DNA of 64,000 nucleotides, taken from the NCBI GenBank assembly GCA_902596985.1, contig CACJWR010000004.1, forward strand, positions 2,492 through 66,491. The letters are read 5' to 3'. Below, in pieces: positions 48,820-59,107 of this stretch. The position numbers and the translations under genes were made by a program. Each line of letters begins with the position of its first letter. Position 1 is the first letter of the stretch. A model generated the notes under the pieces. That model searched no databases, was not told where the DNA came from, and saw only the letters and a list, made by a program, of their open reading frames with translations. The DNA comes from an uncultured Alphaproteobacteria bacterium. Lineage in GTDB: Bacteria > Pseudomonadota > Alphaproteobacteria > Rhodobacterales > Rhodobacteraceae.

Positions 48820-51293
48820 TAATTTTTTCTTTTTTTATCTATCAAAGCAATACTCTCTTCAAGAGTGAGTGTTTTAACGGACTTTTCCTTCGGTATAGTC
48901 ACATTAATCTTATTCCATTTTATATAATCACCATAACGACCCGACATAATTTTTACTTCCTCGCCTTCTGGATGAGAACCTAACACTTTTATCTCCTTTC
49001 CAGCTCTTCCACCTTTATTATTTTTCTTTTCTGCTGCCTCTACCAATAATTCAACAGCTCTGTTCATGCCAATCGAAAAGATTTCTTCAAATTCCTTAAT
49101 ATTTGCATAAGTTCGTCCATGTTTAATATATGGACCATAAGGGCCTATAGCTGCAATAACTTCAGACTGATCTTCAGGATGTAGCCCTAATTTTCTAGGT
49201 AGCTCTAATAATTGTCTTGCTCTCTCAATTGTAAGCTCTTCGATTGTATAGTGCTTGGGGATCGCAGCTCTTTTTGGTTTTTCCAAGCCATCAAGAGCAA
49301 TTTCAAGATATGGTCCATAACGTCCATTTTTTATAAATATATCATTTCCATCACTATCTTGACCTAAAGGTTCTTCTTGAGCTATTACCTCAGGTGAACT
49401 TTGATTCAAGCTAGAATTTAAAGGTCTTGAATATTTGCATTCGGGATACTTTGAGCACCCGATAAATGCGCCTGTCTTAGACAACTTTATCCCAAGCTCA
49501 CCATTATTACATGAGGAGCAGTTTTTCTGTATTTTTCCAGTTCCATCATCGAACAGGTAGTCGGCTAATTTTATATTCAAGTTATCCAGAACCTCAGTTA
49601 TACTAAAGCTCATCGCATATTCTACAGATTCAGATAATTCCTCCCAAAAACCTTTAATTACATCTTTCCAATGCTTTTCACCACTAGAAATATCATCGAG
49701 GTTTTCTTCAAGCTTAGCTGTATAGTTATACTCAATGTACTTGTTGAAATATGCCTCAAGAAAAAAATTTAAAAGTCGACCAGTATCTTCGGGAACAAGC
49801 CTGTTTTTCTCTTTTTTCACATAATTTCTTTCTTGTATTTTTGATATAATCGATGCGTATGTAGAGGGTCTTCCTATACCTTCTTCTTCAAGACGCTTGA
49901 TCAAAGAAGCCTCATTAAATCTTGGAGGTGGTTCAGTGAAGTGTTGTTCTTTATTAATTTTTTCCAATTTCATCTTAGATTCTTCCCTAATGTCTGGGAT
50001 CCTTTTGTCATCATCTTCTTTTTTCGTGTCTTGGAATATTTTTAAATGCCCTTCGAATGTCACCACTTGTCCCGATAGTCTGAATTGAGCGCTATCGCAT
50101 AAGGAGGTAATTAAGACTGTTGTCTGCAATACTTCTGCTGCTTGGGCTTGAGAAGCCAATGCTCTTTTCCATATTAATTCGTATAAGTCCAATTCAGACT
50201 TATTTAAATTTTTTGCATTTTTGGGTGTTTTAGAAAAATCGGTAGGCCTAATACACTCATGTGCTTCTTGTGCATTCTTTGCTTTATTTTTGAACACGCG
50301 TGGTTTTTCAGGTAAATAATGATCGCCTAAAGAATTAGAAATTTGCTTTCTTGCACTGGTTATGCCTTCAGCAGCCATTTCAATTCCATCTGTACGCATA
50401 TAAGTGATCAGCCCAGCTTCATAAAGTTTCTGAGCGGTTGACATCACATCCCGAGGACTAACTTTTAAATTTGTACTGGCGCTTTGTTGCAATGTGGATG
50501 TTGTAAATGGAGCATAGGGATTTCGATTTCTTTTTTGACTAGTAACAGAAGTTACGTGATATTCTTTCTGCTCGAGCTCATTCGCTGTTATGTTTGTTGT
50601 GTCAGAGTCCTTGAACGAGAACTTTTCAACTTTTTCATCGTTCAACAAAGAGAGGTTGGCCCGGATTACGTTATTATTTTTGTCTTTAAAATCAGCAGAA
50701 ACAGTCCAATATTCCTCCGTTTTGAATTTTTCTATTTCAATTTCTCTGTCGACGACGAGTCTTAACGCAGGAGATTGAACCCGACCAGCTGATTTTGCAG
50801 CTCCTCTGAGCCTTTGCCAAAGCACTGGAGAAATATTAAAACCCATAAGATAATCTAATGAATTTCGTGCTAGATAGGCCTCAACTAAATCTGTGTCTAT
50901 TTCTCTGGGACTTTCAATAGCTGATAAAATGGCATTCTTTGTAATTGCATTGAATACAACTCTCTCTACAGCCATATCTGCTTTAAGTGCTTTTTTATTT
51001 TTCAATATTTCAAGAATATGCCATGAAATCGCTTCGCCCTCCCTGTCCGGGTCGGTTGCTAAGATAAGTTTAGAGCTAGACTTCAGCGCTTTAACAATCT
51101 CATCTATATGCTTTTTGCTTTTTGTATCGATCTCCCATTTAGGTTTAAAATCATTCTCAACATCAATGGAGCCATTTTTTTTGGGTAAATTTCTAACATG
51201 CCCATAGGATGCAAGAACCTTGTATTGGTCCCCCAAATATTTGTTGATTGTTTTTGCCTTTGCTGGTGACTCTACAATTACGACATTCGTCAT
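48819..51293 (-). CDS. topA: DNA topoisomerase I
   Basis: IVESPAKAKTI, ATDPDREGEAI, SAGRVQS, LITYMRTD, AQEAHECIRPT and GIGRPSTY motifs, a Zn ribbon and C-terminal GRYGPY-type repeats. Confidence 0.97.
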   Translation of the reverse strand: MTNVVIVESPAKAKTINKYLGDQYKVLASYGHVRNLPKKNGSIDVENDFKPKWEIDTKSKKHIDEIVKALKSSSKLILATDPDREGEAISWHILEILKNKKALKADMAVERVVFNAITKNAILSAIESPREIDTDLVEAYLARNSLDYLMGFNISPVLWQRLRGAAKSAGRVQSPALRLVVDREIEIEKFKTEEYWTVSADFKDKNNNVIRANLSLLNDEKVEKFSFKDSDTTNITANELEQKEYHVTSVTSQKRNRNPYAPFTTSTLQQSASTNLKVSPRDVMSTAQKLYEAGLITYMRTDGIEMAAEGITSARKQISNSLGDHYLPEKPRVFKNKAKNAQEAHECIRPTDFSKTPKNAKNLNKSELDLYELIWKRALASQAQAAEVLQTTVLITSLCDSAQFRLSGQVVTFEGHLKIFQDTKKEDDDKRIPDIREESKMKLEKINKEQHFTEPPPRFNEASLIKRLEEEGIGRPSTYASIISKIQERNYVKKEKNRLVPEDTGRLLNFFLEAYFNKYIEYNYTAKLEENLDDISSGEKHWKDVIKGFWEELSESVEYAMSFSITEVLDNLNIKLADYLFDDGTGKIQKNCSSCNNGELGIKLSKTGAFIGCSKYPECKYSRPLNSSLNQSSPEVIAQEEPLGQDSDGNDIFIKNGRYGPYLEIALDGLEKPKRAAIPKHYTIEELTIERARQLLELPRKLGLHPEDQSEVIAAIGPYGPYIKHGRTYANIKEFEEIFSIGMNRAVELLVEAAEKKNNKGGRAGKEIKVLGSHPEGEEVKIMSGRYGDYIKWNKINVTIPKEKSVKTLTLEESIALIDKKRKN

Positions 51294-51540
51294 GAAAAAT
51301 CCTAACAGTTTTGTTTTAAATCTTACCCAATGTCGATCTTGTCAATCTTTTTTTTAAAATATTTGATAAACAATAAATTTGTTGCGACGATTTAACCGAA
51401 AATAATGTTTGAAATAAAAAGCAAAAATTTTTAGCCTTTATAAGTTGGTTTGATTTGTTTTATAGTAGATTTTTACAAAATGTTAGCTATATATATATCA
51501 ACCGAGTAATTGTAATTTAAAACTATATTTAGGGGGTTCT

Positions 51541-52434
51541 ATGAATAGTTTTTTGCGATGTCTTTTTAATATGTTTATTGGGGCTTTAGGCACAGTTTTT
51601 TTTACAGCGTCTGCTTCCACACTATTCGCTAATGACGGTTTAGATAAAAATTTACCTATTATAGGGAAACCAATTCCAAACGGGATAAATTTCCAACCTC
51701 CGGTTACAGAGTTGGCTAGAGACATACAGTGGCTAGACAATGTTCTTTTGGTCATTATTACTCTAACATCGATATTTGTGAGTGCGCTTCTTGTTTGGGT
51801 TTTTATCCGGTACAATCGAAAGGCTAATCCGACACCCTCTTCTACCACCCACAATACTCCTATCGAAATATTGTGGACCATTATTCCAGTATTTATATTA
51901 ATTGGTATTGGAGTTATTTCGTTACCCATTTTGCTCAAACAACTTAGAATTCCAGACAGTGATGTTGTAATAAAGGCAACTGGGGCTCAATGGTATTGGT
52001 CATACGATTACCCTCAGCACAATTTTTCATTTGACTCGGTGATGCTTGAGAAAGAGGAACTCGCTGAGTTTGGGTACTCTCAAGATGAATACCTCTTGGC
52101 AACCGACAACCCAGTAGTTGTACCTGTTAATAAAAACATAACAGTGCAAGTGACAGCTTCGGATGTTATTCACGCATGGAAGGTCATGTCGTTTGGTGTT
52201 CACCAAGATGGAGTTCCAGGGCGATTAGCTGAACTTTGGTTTAAGCCTGAAAAGGAAGGAGTATATTTCGGTCAATGCTCCGAGTTATGCGGATTAAACC
52301 ATTCCTACATGCCAATAGTGGTAAAGGTTGTTAGCGAGGAAGAATACAAAGAGTGGCTCAAGAGAGCTTCTGAGAAGTTTGCTAGTATTAGTGGTGATAG
52401 GCAAAAATCTATTGCGCTTGCAGAGAAAAATTAA
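51541..52434 (+). CDS. ctaC: Cytochrome c oxidase subunit II
   Basis: EILWT, QWYWSY, DVIHAW and the CuA site [15 protein letters not shown]. Confidence 0.96.
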   Translation: MNSFLRCLFNMFIGALGTVFFTASASTLFANDGLDKNLPIIGKPIPNGINFQPPVTELARDIQWLDNVLLVIITLTSIFVSALLVWVFIRYNRKANPTPSSTTHNTPIEILWTIIPVFILIGIGVISLPILLKQLRIPDSDVVIKATGAQWYWSYDYPQHNFSFDSVMLEKEELAEFGYSQDEYLLATDNPVVVPVNKNITVQVTASDVIHAWKVMSFGVHQDGVPGRLAELWFKPEKEGVYFGQCSELCGLNHSYMPIVVKVVSEEEYKEWLKRASEKFASISGDRQKSIALAEKN

Positions 52435-52465
52435 TTGTCAATTTTCCATTAGATAGGTCATTGAG

Positions 52466-53407
52466 TTGAGCACGTTTGAAAGCATAGAAGCAAAAGGAAC
52501 AGGATCCTTTAAAGACCTGTATGTGCTTTTAAAGCCTAGAGTAATGTGGCTTGCTGTGTTTACAGCTGGGGTAGGCATAATTGTAGCTCCTCTTCAAAAC
52601 AACCTGTTTCTATCTATCATTGTGCTGATTTGCATTTCTATAGGTGCTGGTGCGGCTGGCGCGTTAAACATGTGGTGGGATAGAGAGCTTGACAATATGA
52701 TGGAGCGAACAAGTAGCCGACCCCTTCCCAATGAAAAAATAAGTTCCGATGACGCATTTGTTTTTGGTTTAAGTCTTTCAATATTTTCTGTCATGTTTTT
52801 AGGGTTAGTGTCTAATTGGTTAGCTGCTTTTCTTTTAGCATTAACAATATTTTTCTATCTCGTAATTTATTCGATGTTTTTAAAAAAAGCTACGCCTCAA
52901 AACATTGTGATTGGAGGAGCTGCTGGAGCGATGCCCCCTTTGATAGGATGGGTATCAACTACAGGAACAGTCTCTATTGAACCCCTTTTATTGTTTTTGT
53001 TTATATTTCTCTGGACTCCCCCGCACTTTTGGTCACTGGCAATAATTACTAAAGATGATTACGCTAAAGCTAGTATTCCTATGTTCCCAGTTTTATATGG
53101 GGTGGAAAAGACTAGAAGATCAATACTTCACTATACGGTTATTTTAATAATTTCATCGCAAGTCATATCTTTTTCAGAGATTGGTGGCCCGGTGTTTTTT
53201 TTGTTAAGTAACGTTTTAAACGCATTGTTGCTGCTTTCTGCTATAAATCTTGTTAGGTTTAATGAAAACAATGGATATGATAGAGAAAGACGATTTTTTA
53301 AGTTCACAATCCTATACCTGTTTCTATACTTCGGTTTTTTAGTGATAAGTAGAGCTTTTGAAACTTTGCAGTATAGTGTGTCGTTAGCATGGCCAGTTCT
53401 ACTCTAA
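52466..53407 (+). CDS. ctaB: Protoheme IX farnesyltransferase (heme o synthase)
   Basis: LKPRVM, MERTSSRP, PQNIVIGG and WTPPHFW motifs; TTG start. Confidence 0.95.
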   Translation: MSTFESIEAKGTGSFKDLYVLLKPRVMWLAVFTAGVGIIVAPLQNNLFLSIIVLICISIGAGAAGALNMWWDRELDNMMERTSSRPLPNEKISSDDAFVFGLSLSIFSVMFLGLVSNWLAAFLLALTIFFYLVIYSMFLKKATPQNIVIGGAAGAMPPLIGWVSTTGTVSIEPLLLFLFIFLWTPPHFWSLAIITKDDYAKASIPMFPVLYGVEKTRRSILHYTVILIISSQVISFSEIGGPVFFLLSNVLNALLLLSAINLVRFNENNGYDRERRFFKFTILYLFLYFGFLVISRAFETLQYSVSLAWPVLL

Positions 53408-53417
53408 AAGATTTGAT

Positions 53418-53603
53418 GTGAGAAGAGAGTTGAAACAATCAGAGTTAAATAGGGGCACCGGCAACACCAAAATAGGAATAATATTATTTATAGTTGTGGC
53501 CCTTATCTTCTCTATAACCATAGTTAAACTAAAGCAAGGTTCGCTAATGCAGGGGTATGACCATATTATTAGACAAAATATGTTAGAAAAAGATGATGAA
53601 TAA
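53418..53603 (+). CDS. Small single-TM cox cluster protein (CoxF-like)
   Basis: 61 aa with a basic N-terminus, one TM helix ending ITIVK and a QGYDH motif; between ctaB and ctaG. Confidence 0.7.
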   Translation: MRRELKQSELNRGTGNTKIGIILFIVVALIFSITIVKLKQGSLMQGYDHIIRQNMLEKDDE

Positions 53604-54141
53604 TTCTGAAAGACCAAAACGTACACCAATATATTTAATTGGACTTGTATGCATTATGCTCTCCGCATCGTTCGCAGCGGTACCTTTTTATGATTGGTTT
53701 TGCAAGGTTACAGGCTATGGCGGTACACCTGAAACTTATTCCGATTCATTCGATGGCCCTATTTTAAATAAAACAATTAAAGTTCGATTTGATGCATCAA
53801 AAGCTAAAGATATGAGGTGGAACTTCATACCAATGCAAAATGAGGTGGAGGTTAAAATTGGAGAAACAGCTCTAGTTTTTTATGAAGCACACAACCCAAC
53901 TAGTGAGACTATCTCTGGTCAAGCTAGCTTTAACGTTTTTCCATTTTCAGCAGGAAACTATTTTAGTAAAATTGACTGCTTTTGTTTTGTCGAGCAAACT
54001 TTGCAGCCGGGAGAGCGAGTTAAGATGCCGGTAACATTCTACATTGATCCAGAAATTGATGAGAATATTGAAACTAGGAATATAAAATCGCTGACATTGT
54101 CATATACTTTTTATAAACTAGAAGAAGAGACCAAATCATAA
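53593..54141 (+). CDS. ctaG: Cytochrome c oxidase assembly protein CtaG/Cox11
   Basis: AVPFYDWFCKVTGYGG, KIDCFCF and LSYTF motifs. Confidence 0.95.
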   Translation: MMNNSERPKRTPIYLIGLVCIMLSASFAAVPFYDWFCKVTGYGGTPETYSDSFDGPILNKTIKVRFDASKAKDMRWNFIPMQNEVEVKIGETALVFYEAHNPTSETISGQASFNVFPFSAGNYFSKIDCFCFVEQTLQPGERVKMPVTFYIDPEIDENIETRNIKSLTLSYTFYKLEEETKS

Positions 54142-54164
54142 AAGTTTAAGTGTAAGAGGAAAAA

Positions 54165-54953
54165 ATGGCACAAGAAAAAAATCACGATTACCATATTCTT
54201 AATCCGAGCTTGTGGCCGTTTTTAAGCGCTCTTGGGGCGTTTATACTTCTCTTCGGAAGTGTGCTGTTCATGCACGGAGGTAGTGTTTTTATCGCAGCAG
54301 TGGGTCTTCTGGTGGTTTTATACTGTATGTTCGCCTGGTGGTCTGATGTAGTTTTTGAAAGTAAGGACGGTGACCATACACCAGTTGTTCAGATAGGTTT
54401 GAGATATGGTGTGATCATGTTTATTACATCCGAAGTTATGTTCTTTCTCGCTTGGTTCTGGACTTTTTTCAAACACGCTCTTTACCCTATGGAGGCCGTG
54501 GGTGGTGTTTGGCCACCGACTGGAATTGAGACATTTGATCCTTGGCATCTTCCTTTAATAAACACACTGATTTTACTTTGCTCAGGTGCTGCAGCAACAT
54601 GGGCTCACCACGCAATTGCGCATGAGAATGATAGGAAAGGTTTGGAAAATGGCTTAATACTGGCAATTGGGCTCGGTGCTCTTTTCACCGTATTTCAAAT
54701 ATATGAATATACGCATGCTTCGTTCTCCTTTTCAGGAAATATCTACGGGGCTAGTTTCTTTATGGCCACTGGATTTCATGGTTTCCATGTTCTTATTGGG
54801 ACTATTTTCCTGCTTGTTTGTTTGATTAGAGCGAAAAAGGGCCATTTCTCGCCTGAGAAGCATATCGGTTTTGAAGCTGCAGCTTGGTATTGGCATTTTG
54901 TTGATGTTGTTTGGTTATTCCTTTTTGCTGCAATTTACATTTGGGGCGCGTAA
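54165..54953 (+). CDS. ctaE: Cytochrome c oxidase subunit III
   Basis: [28 protein letters not shown] and [12 protein letters not shown] motifs. Confidence 0.96.
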   Translation: MAQEKNHDYHILNPSLWPFLSALGAFILLFGSVLFMHGGSVFIAAVGLLVVLYCMFAWWSDVVFESKDGDHTPVVQIGLRYGVIMFITSEVMFFLAWFWTFFKHALYPMEAVGGVWPPTGIETFDPWHLPLINTLILLCSGAAATWAHHAIAHENDRKGLENGLILAIGLGALFTVFQIYEYTHASFSFSGNIYGASFFMATGFHGFHVLIGTIFLLVCLIRAKKGHFSPEKHIGFEAAAWYWHFVDVVWLFLFAAIYIWGA

Positions 54954-54976
54954 GCGATTTCAAAATTTGCTTTTAA

Positions 54977-55657
54977 ATGAATAGAAAGTGGCTTTTTGTT
55001 GTTTTTATAGCGGTGCCTGGGCTACTGCTTTTGGTGTACTTGGGCATTTGGCAAATGAAACGACTAGCGTGGAAGGAAGCGCTATTAGAAAATATTAGTT
55101 ATAATTTAAGTAGTAAACCTTCAATATTACCAACAGAGTTAAAAAAATCAGAACATAACTATAAAATGGTAGAGGTTGAAGGCTTTTTAGAGCCAAGAGC
55201 CATTTTTATTCTTACTCCAGTCAAAGGATCCGGAGCAGGTTTTAGGGTTATTTCTCCCTTGAAATTACAAGATGGAAGTAAAATTCTAATAGATAGAGGA
55301 GTTATAAAGGAACAAGATACGGATCGTTTAGAAACTCTCGGACAAAAGAATTTAGTAATAGGGTATCTATTTTGGCCTAACGAGACAGATTATTTCACTC
55401 CAGATCCGAACCTTAAGCGTAATATATGGTTTTCTCGAGATCTAGAAAAAATGGCGAGCTTTCTTGAAACTCAACAAATATTGGTGGTTGCGACAGAAAA
55501 TAGACTCGACCCAAGTTTAAAGATGCAAGATCCGACTAGAGATATACCAAACAATCACCTCCAATATGCAATTACCTGGTTTATGATGTCTATTTTATGG
55601 TTTGGTATGAGTGCGTACTTCGTATATAAAATGATAAAAAAAAAGAAAATTGAGTAA
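54977..55657 (+). CDS. SURF1 family protein
   Basis: LGIWQMKRLAWK, IDRG and PNNHLQYAITWF motifs. Confidence 0.93.
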   Translation: MNRKWLFVVFIAVPGLLLLVYLGIWQMKRLAWKEALLENISYNLSSKPSILPTELKKSEHNYKMVEVEGFLEPRAIFILTPVKGSGAGFRVISPLKLQDGSKILIDRGVIKEQDTDRLETLGQKNLVIGYLFWPNETDYFTPDPNLKRNIWFSRDLEKMASFLETQQILVVATENRLDPSLKMQDPTRDIPNNHLQYAITWFMMSILWFGMSAYFVYKMIKKKKIE

Positions 55658-57057
55658 TGCTGTACCATTCGACCAGGGGACTAGATAATTCCAAAAACTT
55701 TAGTGAAGTCCTGCATGCGGGATTAGCTGGGGATGGTGGCCTATTTGTCCCGAAGTTCATTCCACAGGTAAATCAGGAAATTTTAAATCAATGGAGACAT
55801 CTTAGTTATGAAGAGCTTGCTTTAGAGATAATATCTTTATTTTCTGGCGATTGTTTTAGTAGGGCAGAGCTTTCTGAAATTGTGATTGAGTCTTACTCGG
55901 GGTTTCATCATGAGCTCAAAAGTCCCTTGATTAAATTAGAAGACAATCATTTTTTCCTTGAGTTATTCCATGGACCTACATTAGCATTTAAAGACTTTGC
56001 TATGCAGGTAATAGCAAGAATGTTTGCAAAGACCCTGCAGAAGAGAGATTTAAATATTAATATTATAACTGCAACTTCAGGCGATACGGGGTCAGCGGCT
56101 GTTGAAGCATTCAAGGGTATATCAAACGTTAATTTATACGTACTTTATCCTCATGAAAGAATTTCACAAATACAAAGAAAGCAAATGACTACTTCAAATG
56201 CCAAGAATGTAAAAGTATTTGCTGTGAAAGGAACTTTCGATGATTGTCAGTTGATAGTGAAGGAATTATTTGCGGATAAAGCGCTTGTAAGCGATGTAAA
56301 TCTATCTGGCGTAAACTCAATTAATTGGGCTCGGATCCTGGTTCAAATTGTCTACTATTTCTCTGCTTTTTATCAGTTGAAAGACCTTTCTGCAGGAAAT
56401 TTAAACTTTAGTGTTCCTACCGGTAATTTTGGAGATGCTTATGCCGGGTATATTTCAAAAAGGATGGGTTTACCAATAAATAAGATTATTGTAGCAACAA
56501 ATAAAAATAATATTTTGGATCGAGTTTTTAAGACTGGCGTTTATAAAAGTGATAATGTGAGCAAAACATTATCCCCTTCTATGGATATACAAGTTGCCTC
56601 TAATTTTGAAAGACTACTATTTGATCTTTTGAATAATGATACCAAAGAGGTTAGAAGGCTAATGAACAATCTATCTAATAAAGGTCACTTTGATCTCGAA
56701 AAAAAAATATTAACAAGGGTTTCAAAAGACTTTGATAGTGGAGCTGTGACAGATTCTGAAACGATTGCAACAATAAATCACTTTTATAATGAGAGAGAAA
56801 TAGTTTTGTGTCCTCATAGTGCTATTGGCGTGCGTGTAGCGAAAGACTTCATCGGGACAGGAGAAACAGTTGTTTCACTTGGAACTGCGCATCCAGCGAA
56901 ATTTATAGAAACTGTAGAGAGAGCATTAGAGGTGAGTATACCAATTCCCCCCGCGCTCGAAGCTATAATGGAAAAGCAAGAGAATGTAAGAGTGATACCT
57001 CCAAATAAACACAAAGTGGCAGACGAAATTAGAAAAAATTTTTTAGAAGAGAATTGA
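55657..57057 (+). CDS. thrC: Threonine synthase
   Basis: YHSTRG, DGGLFVP, ELFHGPTLAFKD, ATSGDTG, NSINWAR, VPTGNFGD and TAHPAKF motifs. Confidence 0.96.
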   Translation: MLYHSTRGLDNSKNFSEVLHAGLAGDGGLFVPKFIPQVNQEILNQWRHLSYEELALEIISLFSGDCFSRAELSEIVIESYSGFHHELKSPLIKLEDNHFFLELFHGPTLAFKDFAMQVIARMFAKTLQKRDLNINIITATSGDTGSAAVEAFKGISNVNLYVLYPHERISQIQRKQMTTSNAKNVKVFAVKGTFDDCQLIVKELFADKALVSDVNLSGVNSINWARILVQIVYYFSAFYQLKDLSAGNLNFSVPTGNFGDAYAGYISKRMGLPINKIIVATNKNNILDRVFKTGVYKSDNVSKTLSPSMDIQVASNFERLLFDLLNNDTKEVRRLMNNLSNKGHFDLEKKILTRVSKDFDSGAVTDSETIATINHFYNEREIVLCPHSAIGVRVAKDFIGTGETVVSLGTAHPAKFIETVERALEVSIPIPPALEAIMEKQENVRVIPPNKHKVADEIRKNFLEEN

Positions 57058-57082
57058 GCATTAAGGAAGTTAGATCTTAGGA

Positions 57083-57664
57083 ATGATTTTTGGTAAACCC
57101 GAAATTATATTGAAATCAACAAAGTTAGAACTAAGAGGGCCTCAATATAGTGATTTTGACCAGTGGCGTAATCTGAGACGGAATAGTAAAGCATTTTTAG
57201 AGTTATGGGAGCCGAAAAGAGGTAATGATTTTTTCAAGCGTAATGCTTTTAATAGTAGAGTTAGGTGGGCAAAAAAAAGTTCTAAAGCAGGCCAAGCATA
57301 CCAATTTTTCATTTTTGATAAATTTCAAAATCTGCTAGGGTCTATCACTATTGAAAACATTAGGAGGGGGCCCTCTAATGCGGGCACTTTGGGTTATTGG
57401 CTAGGTAAGGAGCACACAGGTAAGGGTTTTATGAGAGAAGCGGTTTTGGCAATTATCGACTTTTCTTTTAACAAATTAAATATTTCAAGATTGGAGGCAG
57501 CTACCCTGCCAGAAAATAAATCTTCTCGAGGGCTTTTGGAAAGAGTTGGTTTTAAATATGAAGGAGTGGGGCAAAGCTATTTGCAAATAAATGGTCGTTG
57601 GAGAAATCACGTTTTATATGGCTTGTTAAGAAATGACAGAAGAGGGCGTGTGAAGGAGAGCTAA
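57083..57664 (+). CDS. RimJ-like GNAT acetyltransferase
   Basis: FLELWEP, NIRRG, LGYWLG, GKGFMREA, LPEN..S and YLQINGRWRNH motifs. Confidence 0.88.
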   Translation: MIFGKPEIILKSTKLELRGPQYSDFDQWRNLRRNSKAFLELWEPKRGNDFFKRNAFNSRVRWAKKSSKAGQAYQFFIFDKFQNLLGSITIENIRRGPSNAGTLGYWLGKEHTGKGFMREAVLAIIDFSFNKLNISRLEAATLPENKSSRGLLERVGFKYEGVGQSYLQINGRWRNHVLYGLLRNDRRGRVKES

Positions 57665-57665
57665 A

Positions 57666-59096
57666 ATAATAGAGAATAAAGAAGATTACTTTGAGTTCAT
57701 AAGAAATATTAGAAACACACTTTCAGATGATAGTATTACTGATATTTCTTCCTCATATCAATCAGAACCTCGGGGTTTATATAAAAACCAATCTCGCTAT
57801 GTGATTAAGCCTAGATCGACTAAAGAGGTTTCCGAGTGTTTGAAACTTGCTACAAAATATAAAATTGGAGTTGTGCCCTGGAGTGGTGGTACTGGACTGG
57901 TAGGAGGACAAATCGCGCCAGATAAATATAGCGTTACTTTATCTTTGGAAAGGATGAATAAGATTAAAAACTTTTCTTCTATCAATCAATCTATAGAGGT
58001 TGAAGCTGGTGTAATTTTGGAAACGATTCATGAGTTTGTAGACAAAAGAAATTTTTTATATCCTTTATCAATGGCATCAAAGGGGACATGTTGTATAGGT
58101 GGAAATTTGGCAACAAATGCAGGGGGAATTGGGGTATTAAAATATGGAAACGCAAGAGATCTTTGTTTAGGACTTGAGGTCGTATTGGCTGACGGCTCTA
58201 TCATCAATGATATAAAGACACTTAAAAAGGATAACACAGGATACGACTTAAAAAACCTGTTTATTGGTTCTGAAGGATCTTTGGGTATAATCACCAGAGC
58301 CGTTTTAAGACTTTATCCTACTCCTCAAAATAAAATTGTTGCATTTTTTGGAGTGAAAAATTTTGATGCAGCCTTAAAAAGCTATTTAGAATTATCCAAA
58401 AATTTTGGGCAATATTTGCAGGCGTTTGAGTTAATTAGTGATGTAGGATTGCGATTTCTTGAAGAAACGAAAATGGTTCAATCAACCACCCAAAGAAGTA
58501 AATCAGATTGGCATGTATTGATTGAATTTGGATACAATAATAGTTCAGTTGAGCAAGATGTATATGAAGCTTTGGACGAGCTTTGTAATAAAAATATTAT
58601 TTCGCATGTAGTTCTTGGTGATACAGAGACTAAAGCAAAAAAGTTGTGGAAAATGAGAGAAGATATACCTGAGGCTAATAGAAAAATTGGGGCAATTACG
58701 TCTCATGATATTGCTCTACCACTCGAAAATATGGAAAGTTTTATAAATAAAAGCATTGTTGAGATAAAAGAAATAAATAAATCTCTAAGAGTAAATTGCT
58801 TTGGGCACATGGGAGATGGAAACTTACACTTCAATATATTTCCTCCCCGAGAAGAAAAAAAATCTAGTTATGGAAGGATAAAATCTAAATTGACTAGGGT
58901 TATAAATAATAATTGCAAAGGCTTAGGAGGCTCATTTAGTGCAGAGCATGGAGTTGGTCGACTAAAGGTTAAAGACTTAGAGCAGTATTGTGACCCTGGA
59001 AAATTTAATGTCATGCGTCAGATTAAGAAAGCCATCGATCCTTTAACTATTCTAAATCCTGGAGTAATTTTAAGGCAAGATAATCAAGATATATAA
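57666..59096 (+). CDS. FAD-binding oxidoreductase (GlcD/D-2-hydroxyacid dehydrogenase family), probable ATA start
   Basis: GGTGLVGG, IGGNLATNAGG, KDNTGYDL, GSEGSLGII, FGHMGDGNLH and SAEHGVG motifs. The upstream in-frame segment has YQSEPRGLY, and AAGGAG lies 7 nt before ATA 57666. Confidence 0.88.
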   Translation: MIENKEDYFEFIRNIRNTLSDDSITDISSSYQSEPRGLYKNQSRYVIKPRSTKEVSECLKLATKYKIGVVPWSGGTGLVGGQIAPDKYSVTLSLERMNKIKNFSSINQSIEVEAGVILETIHEFVDKRNFLYPLSMASKGTCCIGGNLATNAGGIGVLKYGNARDLCLGLEVVLADGSIINDIKTLKKDNTGYDLKNLFIGSEGSLGIITRAVLRLYPTPQNKIVAFFGVKNFDAALKSYLELSKNFGQYLQAFELISDVGLRFLEETKMVQSTTQRSKSDWHVLIEFGYNNSSVEQDVYEALDELCNKNIISHVVLGDTETKAKKLWKMREDIPEANRKIGAITSHDIALPLENMESFINKSIVEIKEINKSLRVNCFGHMGDGNLHFNIFPPREEKKSSYGRIKSKLTRVINNNCKGLGGSFSAEHGVGRLKVKDLEQYCDPGKFNVMRQIKKAIDPLTILNPGVILRQDNQDI

Positions 59097-59107
59097 ATTA
59101 AAGATTA

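Noticed and set aside
51360..51500. FnrL-like (TTGAT half sites) and RegA/PrrA-like (TGCGAC) sites and a (TA)n run upstream of ctaC
   Set aside because: Only half-sites match; the second halves are degenerate.
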